From Phycisphaerae bacterium (GTDB lineage: Bacteria > Planctomycetota > Phycisphaerae > UBA1845 > Fen-1342), in the NCBI GenBank assembly GCA_050184295.1, contig JBFXAM010000055.1, forward strand, positions 1 through 28,740: DNA of 28,740 nt. Reading direction: 5' to 3'. Shown piece after piece: positions 15,474-23,292 of this stretch. Numbering within the stretch: position 1 is the first letter of the stretch; the number at the start of each line of letters is the position of its first letter. A program made the translations under genes and the position numbers. The notes below the pieces were generated by a model that made no database searches, was not told where the DNA came from, and saw only the letters and a list, made by a program, of their open reading frames with translations.

Positions 15474-17912
15474 CTACGGACAGCCGTTGTTGACGACGCA
15501 CGCGACGAACGAATCGATGTCGAAGTTATTGGCCAGACCGTCGCCATTGGTGTCGCAACGGCAGACTCGGCACGCCGGATCGCCGCCGCAGAACGTGTTG
15601 ACGTACGCCGTTTCGTCGGTGAGCGCGAGCACGAACGCATCGATGTCGAAGTTGTTGACCACGCCGTCGCCATTCGCGTCGCCGACGACGTGACCGGCGC
15701 ACGGATCGGCCGAGCCCAGCGCGACGTCCATCCCGTTGAAACTGGAGCTGATGCCCGGGTTCAACGAGAAGTAGTCGGTGCTGCTGTTGTCGGCCAGCGC
15801 CGCGATGTCGGCGGCGTCGACGTCGCCGTCGTTGTCGGTGTCGAGGTCGAGCACGTCGACGTAAACGCGCGGGAGCGGGGCGGTGCTGCCCGCGAACTGG
15901 CCGAGGTACAGGTTGCGGTCGGTGCAGAGCGCCATCTCACGGCTGGTCTGAAGCGACATGCTCAGGTCGATCGAGCGGACAAAGTTCGGTCCCTGAATGT
16001 CGATAACCGACAGCAGCGACTGGCTCGTGCTCGTGCCCGAATCGAAGGCCGATTGGAGCACGAACAGATAGGGTGCGATGGTCGGGTTGTACTCAACCTC
16101 GACAAAGCGCGAGCCGGTGGCCGCGGTCGCGGGGATGTTGATCAGCACGCTGATCACGCCGCTGGGCACGTCGAGCGTCTGGACATCCAGCGTATTGCCG
16201 ACGCCGTAGACCGCCCCGACGACCGTGTCGTCGTCGAGCCACGCGGTGCCCTGCGTGATGCCGGTGTTGCCCCAGAAGTTGAACTCGGCCGCGCCGGTGA
16301 TCGACGCGCCCGTGCCCGTGCCGGGCGTTGCGCCGGCGTTGTAGTCGAGCACATAGAGCGAGCCGGTGTCCTGGCCCCAGACCGCGATGCGCGAGTTATT
16401 CGGGCTGACGCTGAGGCCGCCGGTGCGCGTGCAATCGATGCCGCCGAGCAACGTGTTGAAGCGGTAAATCAGTTCGAGCGTGTCGGAGCCGTCGGTCGAC
16501 AGATTCCAAAGCCCGCCGCCTTCCTGCGGACGGAGCGGATCGACACACGAGGGCGAGCTGCCCGGTGTTCCGCCGGCGGCGCCGAAGTTCAGCGCGAGCA
16601 GGTTGCCGTTCGGACTGTGTGCGAACGGTCCCGTGCGGTTGTCGAACTCGACCGACTGGAGGAAATCCGCACCCGTCCAGGCGCCAACGAACGCGCCGCC
16701 GCGCGCCAGGTGGACGGCGCCCGGTCCGGCCGACGAATAGCCGACCGCAACGTCGCAGCCTTGAACCGCCGGCGCCGGAATCGGGCAGGGATTCGTCGGG
16801 CCGCAAGCGACATTGTCGCCGACGTAGAAGCCGCCGCCCGCAACGCAGTCGGCCCGCGTCTGAGTCGTGCACATGCCCGCGTTGCAACACGCGCCGGTCG
16901 GCTGCGGACAATTCGCCTGGGCACAGGTCACGTTGTCGCCGGCGTAGGTTCCGCCCTGCGCATCGCAGTCGCCCGGCGACTGGCCTTCCATGCACGAGCC
17001 GTTCGGGAAGCAGCACGCGCCAAAGCGGTTCGACGGGCAGTCGCCGAGGTTGCAGATCGTGTTGTCCCCACCGTAGGTGCCGCTCTGCGTCGCGCAGTCG
17101 GCGGCGGTGGTGACCACGCAGAAGCCGTCCGCGAGGCAGCAGCGACCGCTGCAACCCACCTGGTAGTTCGCGTTGCCGGGATCGAGCGTGAGCGCGCTGG
17201 GGTCGCCGATGCCAATGCCAGCCCAGCCAAAATTGCTGGTCGGGCTCCAGTTGTACGGACCCGGGCTCGCGCCCGTGACCTGCCCGCCGGCCCATGAGCC
17301 GCTCGCGATCGGGCGACCGGTGTTGCAGTCGATCAGACGGTAGAGCGCATGCGGCGTGTGCCCGACGAAGCCGAGCGCCGTGCCGCCGAGATCGTCCGCA
17401 TACTCAAACTCGTCCACGCCCGCGGTCTCGGCGAAGCTGACCGCATCGACGACCGTGAAGCCGGCGAGCGGTCCGTCCAGCGCGCCGTCGTTATTGGCGT
17501 CGAGGTCCGTGGCCACCGCCGGGGGCGTACCAAAGCCCAGCACGTATGTGTTGGTGCCGTTCTCAATGTCCGGGCTGAAGTCAAGAACCTGCACGTTCGT
17601 CGCGGGCGCCGGCGCGGGGCTTAGAACCGTCGCCGCATCCCGGCGGAGAAACAAGCCGTTGGTGCCGAGCGACTGTCCGCTGAGATCCAGAACCTGGTCG
17701 ACGACGCCGCCGCCCGTGCCGTCCCCCTCAATCACGAGCACGTAATAACCGGTGAGGCCGAAACCGGCCGGTCCACCAAGCTCGATGTACTCCTGCCCCC
17801 CGTCGGTGCCGGGCGGATTGAAGAAAACCTCGCTCAGGAACGGCTGCGTGCCGGCGAGGGCCGCACCGACGAACAGCGATGTGCAACATAACACCGCAAG
17901 CATCTTTCGCAT
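15474..17912 (-). CDS. Secreted multidomain surface protein (812 aa): signal peptide, lamin-tail domain (LTD), three tandem 6-Cys modules, a beta-rich region, and C-terminal dockerin-like Ca-binding repeats
   Basis: ATG 17912 is preceded by AGGAGG (aggaggaaactgtttATG). The signal peptide is MRKMLAVLCCTSLFVGAALAGTQP. The LTD motif is FLSEVFFNPPGTDGGQEYIELGG. The Cys modules are G(R/A)CC...C...DC...GG(T/F)Y.GDN..C....CP, repeated three times (nt 16779-17147). The C-terminus carries DTDNDGDVDAADIAAL, DANGDGVVNNFDIDAFV and DTNGDGLANNFDIDSFV (dockerin type-I-like). Confidence 0.85.
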   Translation of the reverse strand: MRKMLAVLCCTSLFVGAALAGTQPFLSEVFFNPPGTDGGQEYIELGGPAGFGLTGYYVLVIEGDGTGGGVVDQVLDLSGQSLGTNGLFLRRDAATVLSPAPAPATNVQVLDFSPDIENGTNTYVLGFGTPPAVATDLDANNDGALDGPLAGFTVVDAVSFAETAGVDEFEYADDLGGTALGFVGHTPHALYRLIDCNTGRPIASGSWAGGQVTGASPGPYNWSPTSNFGWAGIGIGDPSALTLDPGNANYQVGCSGRCCLADGFCVVTTAADCATQSGTYGGDNTICNLGDCPSNRFGACCFPNGSCMEGQSPGDCDAQGGTYAGDNVTCAQANCPQPTGACCNAGMCTTQTRADCVAGGGFYVGDNVACGPTNPCPIPAPAVQGCDVAVGYSSAGPGAVHLARGGAFVGAWTGADFLQSVEFDNRTGPFAHSPNGNLLALNFGAAGGTPGSSPSCVDPLRPQEGGGLWNLSTDGSDTLELIYRFNTLLGGIDCTRTGGLSVSPNNSRIAVWGQDTGSLYVLDYNAGATPGTGTGASITGAAEFNFWGNTGITQGTAWLDDDTVVGAVYGVGNTLDVQTLDVPSGVISVLINIPATAATGSRFVEVEYNPTIAPYLFVLQSAFDSGTSTSQSLLSVIDIQGPNFVRSIDLSMSLQTSREMALCTDRNLYLGQFAGSTAPLPRVYVDVLDLDTDNDGDVDAADIAALADNSSTDYFSLNPGISSSFNGMDVALGSADPCAGHVVGDANGDGVVNNFDIDAFVLALTDETAYVNTFCGGDPACRVCRCDTNGDGLANNFDIDSFVACVVNNGCP

Positions 17913-18076
17913 AAACAGTTTCCTCCTAGATGGTTACTAGTTCTTCCCACCTCCGGGCTTCTGCTCCCGCACTCAGAGACGAACAAAGATAATACCCGAG
18001 AATTACCGAACCGTTAAGACGGGCTCGGGAATGCGCGCGGGACCGTCGGCGCGCTCCCGACGCGGTACGCCTATCC

Positions 18077-18784
18077 TCATGAAGTGAAAGAGGATATCGA
18101 GCTCCTCGCCAACTCGACGCTAATCAGGTATTCATCGACGGGCGCACCGCCGAGCCGCGCCAGCGTCCACGCGTCCGCCGCGCGAAACGGCCCGATGGCC
18201 GTCCGCGCCAGCGCCGTCAGGCATCCCCCCGCTCCCAGCCGCGCTCCCAGATCCCGCGCCACCGCGCGGACGTATGTTCCGCGACCACACGTCATCGTGA
18301 ACGCGACGCGCGGCCACTCGTACGCCGTCAGCGTGATCGACTCAATCCGCACACGCCGCGGCTTCAACTCGACCGTCTTGCCGCGCCGCGCCAGCTTGTA
18401 CGCCGGCTGCCCTCCGATCTTCAGCGCGCTCACCATCGGCGGCGTCTGCTCGGTCTCTCCGACGAACCCTTTCAGCGCTTCTTCCACGTCGCCGCGCGTC
18501 GGAACGCGCTCCACTGGCACCGGAATCAGCGGTCGATCGCTGTCAAAACTCTCGCTGGTCACGTCCAACCGCGCTTCCGCAACGTATGTCTTCGGAAGTC
18601 CCATCAGCAACTCGACGAGCTTTGTCGCCTTGCCCAGACAGAGAAGGAGCACGCCCTCGGCGGCCGGGTCGAGCGTGCCGGCATGCCCGCTCTTGCGCTG
18701 GCCGACGACCTTGCGCACCGCGTAGAGCGCCTTGGCACTCGTAATGCCGGTCGGTTTGTAGAAGTTGATTAATCCGTCGAGCAG
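18077..18784 (-). CDS. truB: tRNA pseudouridine(55) synthase TruB (catalytic domain only, no PUA domain); start codon uncertain (putative CTG at 18784)
   Basis: It has the conserved TruB N-terminal KP motif (LDGLINFYKPTGITSAKAL) and the catalytic Asp motif (SGHAGTLDPAAEGVLLLCLG). An in-frame TGA lies at 18815-18817. No ATG, GTG or TTG occurs between that stop and the KP motif; the track's start (GTG 18718) would cut the conserved N-terminus. Only a CTG (18784) is available upstream of the motif. Confidence 0.75.
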   Translation of the reverse strand: MLDGLINFYKPTGITSAKALYAVRKVVGQRKSGHAGTLDPAAEGVLLLCLGKATKLVELLMGLPKTYVAEARLDVTSESFDSDRPLIPVPVERVPTRGDVEEALKGFVGETEQTPPMVSALKIGGQPAYKLARRGKTVELKPRRVRIESITLTAYEWPRVAFTMTCGRGTYVRAVARDLGARLGAGGCLTALARTAIGPFRAADAWTLARLGGAPVDEYLISVELARSSISSFTS

Positions 18785-18881
18785 CGGTGCACCTCGGTTG
18801 AGCGCGGCGCACGGTCAGAGCTCTAGCCGCGCGGCGCGCTGCAAGTCTACTCCACGGCGCACCTTCGCGGGCGCCGGCCTC

Positions 18882-20987
18882 TCATGCGGAATGTTGTTCG
18901 GTCGCCGCGATCGCCGTAACATCCTCGGGCGTCATCCGGCACGGCGGCGTGAAGTGCCGCACGAGCACACGGCTGCGGCAGGCCGCGGCCCGGCGTGTGG
19001 AACCGGCGAACGACGACGTTTCTCCCGGAATGCAGCGAATCGCGTGAAGACCGCCGACACCCTGTCGCCGTTCGATCTCTATCGCCCCGCGCCGGGGGTG
19101 CCGCGGCGGCGATGGCTCCAGGCGGCGGCGCGCGTCGCGGAGCGCGTGCTCGGTCTGACCGAGTTGACGCGCGTACACCGGCGGATCGGCGCACTGGCCG
19201 AGCCTCCGTCGTTCGCCGAGCGCGCCCTGCGCGTGCTCAACATCCGCTGGCGGTTCGACGAGGGCGCCTGGGCCCACGTCCCGCGGACAGGACCGCTCGT
19301 CGTGATCGCGAATCACCCCTACGGCGGCCTCGACGGGTTACTTTTGATGGCGCTGATGCAGCGCCTTCGCCCGGACGTGCGCACCATCTCCAACTACATG
19401 CTCGCCCGAATCCCCGAAATGCACGAGCTGGCGTTCTTTGTCGACCCCTTCGGCTGGGAGAATTCGCGCCGCCGGAACCGTCCCTCGATGCGCGTCCTGC
19501 TCACCTGGTTGCGAAGCGGCAAAGCGCTGGCGGTCTTTCCCGCCGGCGGCGTTTCCTACTTCACATTCAAGGAGCGCTGCATCACGGATCCGCCGTGGCC
19601 CGACACGATCGCCCGCATCGTGCGGCGGTCCGCCGTGCCGGTCGTGCCCGTGTACTTTGAGGGTCACAACAGCCTAATCTTTCAGGCGGCCGGCTATGTC
19701 CACACACTGCTGCGCACCGTGCTGCTGCCGCGCGAGGTCGTCAACAAGCGCGGTGCGACGATGAGCGTCCGAGTCGGCAGCGTGATCCCGGCGGAGCGCG
19801 TGGTCCGCTTCACCAGCGACGCGGCGCTGAGCGAGTATCTTCGCCTGCGCGTGTACGTGCTGCGTGGGCGCTGTGCGGCCGATCACGAACACGTCGCTTC
19901 GTCCGACTTAGCACCCGACGCGAACGCGCTTCCGTCCGCAAAGCCGGCCGAACCACCGCGGTTGATATCCGCTGCGCAGCAGCCCGTCGCTGCGCCGTCG
20001 GCAGTCGCCGCGCCGCGCGGGATTTCGGCATCCGCGCCCGCTGCGGCGCTCGCCGAGCGCGAGGCCGCCGAGATCGGCGCCTTGCCGGCGGATCAGTGCT
20101 TGCTGACGAGCGGTCCGCTGGTCGTGCTCTGCGCCCGGGCGGCGCAGATTCCGAACAGTTTGCAGACGATCGGGCGCTTGCGCGAAGCAACGTTTCGCCT
20201 CGTCGGCGAAGGCACCGGCCGCGACGTCGACCTCGACCGCTTCGACGAGCACTACTGGCAGTTGTTCCTCTGGAACCGCGACGAGCGGCGCATTGTCGGC
20301 GGCTATCGCCTCGGCGCGAGCGACGAGATTCTGCCGCGCTTCGGCGTGGAGGGCTTCTATACGCGCACGCTCTTTCAGTTTGGGCGCGAGCTGATCGAGC
20401 AGATCGGCCCGACGCTCGAAATGGGCCGCTCGTTCGTCGTTCCGGAGTATCAGCGCAGTTACTCCTCGCTATTGCTGTTGTGGAAGGGCATTGCGCGCTT
20501 CATTGTCGCCCATCCGCGCTATCGCACGTTCTTCGGCGCAGTCAGTATCAGCAACGAATACCAGTCGATGACGAAGCAGTTGTTGATGGCCTTCCTGCAA
20601 GCGAACCGGCTCAAGCACGAGCTCGCTCCGCTGCTGCGCCCTTTGAATCCGCCGCGGCTGGCGCCGCTGCGGCCTGACGAGCGCCGGCTCGTCTCGCGGG
20701 TCGTGCGCGACATCGACGACGTCGACGAGCTCGTCCACGAAATCGAATCGCGGCACAAACACGTGCCGGTACTGCTTCGTCAATACCTGCGCCTCAACGC
20801 GCGGCTGCTGGGATTCAACGTCGATCCCGAGTTCGGCAACGTGCTCGACGGACTCGTGCTGGTCGATCTGCTGCAAATCGATCCGGTCGTGTTCGAGCGC
20901 TACTGCACGCCTGAGGGCGCCGCCCGCTACCGCGCGCATCACGCCGCTACTTCGAATCGCGAGTCGTTGGCCGCGCAACACGACTGA
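18882..20987 (+). CDS. olsF: Bifunctional acyltransferase, OlsF-like: N-terminal PlsC-type acyltransferase (HX4D) fused to a C-terminal OlsB-like GNAT N-acyltransferase. Putative ornithine-lipid synthase
   Basis: ORF 18765(TTG)..20987. The first ATG is 18882; an alternative GTG is at 19044. The N-terminal domain has the glycerolipid-acyltransferase motif VIANHPYGGLDG plus FPAGGVS. The C-terminal domain has the Acetyltransf_5/OlsB-like signature LREATFRLVGEGTGRDVDLDRFDEHYWQLFLWNRDERRIVGGYRLG. The two domains are joined by an Ala/Pro-rich low-complexity linker (roughly nt 19880-20095). The symbol olsF is tentative. Confidence 0.7.
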   Translation, partial: SCGMLFGRRDRRNILGRHPARRREVPHEHTAAAGRGPACGTGERRRFSRNAANRVKTADTLSPFDLYRPAPGVPRRRWLQAAARVAERVLGLTELTRVHRRIGALAEPPSFAERALRVLNIRWRFDEGAWAHVPRTGPLVVIANHPYGGLDGLLLMALMQRLRPDVRTISNYMLARIPEMHELAFFVDPFGWENSRRRNRPSMRVLLTWLRSGKALAVFPAGGVSYFTFKERCITDPPWPDTIARIVRRSAVPVVPVYFEGHNSLIFQAAGYVHTLLRTVLLPREVVNKRGATMSVRVGSVIPAERVVRFTSDAALSEYLRLRVYVLRGRCAADHEHVASSDLAPDANALPSAKPAEPPRLISAAQQPVAAPSAVAAPRGISASAPAAALAEREAAEIGALPADQCLLTSGPLVVLCARAAQIPNSLQTIGRLREATFRLVGEGTGRDVDLDRFDEHYWQLFLWNRDERRIVGGYRLGASDEILPRFGVEGFYTRTLFQFGRELIEQIGPTLEMGRSFVVPEYQRSYSSLLLLWKGIARFIVAHPRYRTFFGAVSISNEYQSMTKQLLMAFLQANRLKHELAPLLRPLNPPRLAPLRPDERRLVSRVVRDIDDVDELVHEIESRHKHVPVLLRQYLRLNARLLGFNVDPEFGNVLDGLVLVDLLQIDPVVFERYCTPEGAARYRAHHAATSNRESLAAQHD

Positions 20988-21104
20988 GCACGGTTCGCCG
21001 GTCGGGAAGCGCGCCGGCCGCTCGCGATCATGCCGGGGCGCCTTCACAAACAGCGCCACTCGGCGTCGCCTGACGCATAACCGTCCACCTCGCGCTGCTT
21101 TAGC

Positions 21105-21123
21105 CTGGAGGGTCCAGTTTTTT
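21105..21123 (+). terminator. Putative intrinsic terminator downstream of the olsF-like gene
   Basis: CTGGA-GGG-TCCAG forms a 5-bp stem with a 3-nt loop (21105-21117), followed by TTTTTTGTTGCGTTTTC. The stem is short, so confidence is modest. Confidence 0.35.
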
Positions 21124-21880
21124 GTTGCGTTTTCAATGGAATGCGGCGGTCGCGTCTTGGCAAAACCAGGTCGGCCTCACCAAATGGACTCCGCGCCGCG
21201 CGGACTCAACACGCTCCGAATTTGCAGCGGGCCTACGTATTCCGACAAGGCTCGTCTCTCAGACAATCGCGCATCGGTGGAAGGCGTTGTTGGAGCCCTA
21301 AAGCCACGTGAGCTCGGGCGGCTGGTAATACTGTAAGTGCTTTGGTAGCAACGTCGAGTCATTCGCCCCGGCGTGCGGCGCGTGACCTGGTACTCGAATC
21401 GAGTCCGCCCGCGCGCGCCTCGCGTTCAATCGGAATTCCGGCCGCAACTTGCTCGACGCCGCCCACTACACCGACACTTCTACTCTCGATTGCGGTTTCA
21501 CAGACTGTCGCTGGTCAAGCGCCAGCAGGTTTGTCGCCTGATCACTTTCAAAGGTCGAGTGAATCGTTTCGCACCCGCAATTAGTTCCCGCTACCAAGGC
21601 GGTTGGTGCGAGCGCGCGCGAGTCCAATGGAGATCCAGAGATGACCCATCGCTCCCGGCTGTATTTATCGGTCAGCAGATCCGTCACGCGTACCGGCCCC
21701 ACATTCCTCCCCGTTCGGCCACTCCAGCTTCCTTGTTCCCAAGCACTTACGTCCGAGGCGCTACATCTCGGGCGGTTGCCCCGGCGCCACCCGAGCGCGG
21801 CATGCGCATTCGCCACGCGCGACCGTCAAATCCCACGCCGATTCAAGTCTCCATTGCACGCCGAACGCCGCAGGTCTACG

Positions 21881-23218
21881 ATGGGCTGGTTGTGGACTGG
21901 GTTGCTGGCCGCCCACATCGGGAGCCTGGCGGCGATTGCGCAGCAGCCCCCGTGTCCGATGCATCCCCGTTTCAAGGCGCCGCTCGTGTTCTGTTCGATC
22001 GGCGGGAACGTCTGCAACACGGAAGACTGCACCATCAGTCGGCCCGGCGGGCTTGCGCTGGCACGGCTCGTCGGCGACGACGCGCTGCCCGACGTCGCGG
22101 TCTGCAACACCGACAACCTGCCGTCGATCAGCGTCTTTCGCAATACCGGGATTTGGACCGTGCCGCAGGGTTCTCAATGTGCCCTTGAGCATGTGTCGGG
22201 GTCGCCGTTCGAGATCGACGGTTTGCCGAACGAAGTCGAAGCGGTCGACATCGACGCCGACAATGACGTTGACCTCGTCGTTGCCGTCACGCGCTTTGGC
22301 CCCGACAGCGGCTGGCTCGCCATTCTCCGCAACACCGGCACCGGCACGTTCTTGCCCGCCGAGTATGTCGCGCTCGAGTCGCGCAATGCCGACGACCTGG
22401 TCGCGGCGGATTTTGACGCGAACGGCCGCGTCGACGTCGTCGTCGCCGGCACGCATGTCGCGGGCGGCCTCAAGTACCCCCAGGCCGAACTCGTGCGCCA
22501 GAGCGCGCCCAATGTCTTCACCAAGACGGTGTTTTCGATGTCCACGGCCGGCTACCAGGGCCGGGGCACAGCGGTGGACAAGGGGCGCCTGCGCCGTCCG
22601 GGGATCGCCGGCCGCCTCGATGTCGTGATGGGCATCGACAACACGACCGCCCCGCCGAGGATGCTCGTGCTGCTGAACGATCCCGACGCCGGCGCGAATA
22701 TATTTCAAAAGCAAGAGACCAACGGCACCACTACGCGCTGGATCGCCGTAGGCGAGATCGTCCTGGATTCGAACAGTGTCATCGCATCGAACACGGACGG
22801 GCAACTCGTCGATGTCTGGCACGCGGACCAGGACGGCGCTTTTCCGCCAGAATTCAGCAGTCGGTATGAGATCGCCTTGACGATCGGTCGTGCACCGTCC
22901 GGTATCGCAATCGGCCCGCTGTCGCCGGACACCGTCCCCGACTTCGTGGTCGCGCTCTTTTCTGACACCGCGTGTTCCAGCCACGGCGCCGCGCTGACGT
23001 TCACAGGCCTGGGAAAGGTCGATGACCCCTACGCATATCGATTCTGCCAACCACCACTGGTGCATTGCGTCGACCCGCTCGGCAGCCCGAAGCCCCAACA
23101 CCTCGAGCTGGCGGACCTGAACCAGGACGGCCTGCTCGACGTAGTCACTTCTCACTCCGAGTCCAACCGATTCAGCGTTCTACTCAATGACTTGCCCATC
23201 ATTCCGGGCGGGAACTAA
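21881..23218 (+). CDS. Secreted FG-GAP/VCBS repeat protein (integrin-alpha-like beta-propeller), 445 aa
   Basis: ORF 21641..23218(+) trimmed to ATG 21881, which begins a signal peptide (MGWLWTGLLAAHIGSLAAIAQQ). FG-GAP-like Ca-binding repeats are present: DIDADNDVDLVVAV, ADFDANGRVDVVVAG and ADLNQDGLLDVVTS. Confidence 0.75.
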   Translation: MGWLWTGLLAAHIGSLAAIAQQPPCPMHPRFKAPLVFCSIGGNVCNTEDCTISRPGGLALARLVGDDALPDVAVCNTDNLPSISVFRNTGIWTVPQGSQCALEHVSGSPFEIDGLPNEVEAVDIDADNDVDLVVAVTRFGPDSGWLAILRNTGTGTFLPAEYVALESRNADDLVAADFDANGRVDVVVAGTHVAGGLKYPQAELVRQSAPNVFTKTVFSMSTAGYQGRGTAVDKGRLRRPGIAGRLDVVMGIDNTTAPPRMLVLLNDPDAGANIFQKQETNGTTTRWIAVGEIVLDSNSVIASNTDGQLVDVWHADQDGAFPPEFSSRYEIALTIGRAPSGIAIGPLSPDTVPDFVVALFSDTACSSHGAALTFTGLGKVDDPYAYRFCQPPLVHCVDPLGSPKPQHLELADLNQDGLLDVVTSHSESNRFSVLLNDLPIIPGGN

Positions 23219-23292
23219 GACACCATGGCAGCACAAGGGCCGATCCACAACCATCCAACGGCCGGCCCGGCTAACCAGGGGACAAGACTCGC

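Noticed and set aside
16396-17295. Alternative-frame 299-aa Cys/Arg-rich ORF on the minus strand inside the LTD protein gene
   Set aside because: It shares the strand but is out of frame with the 812-aa protein, whose frame carries the signal peptide, LTD, regular 6-Cys modules and dockerin repeats. The alternative frame is Arg/Pro noise.
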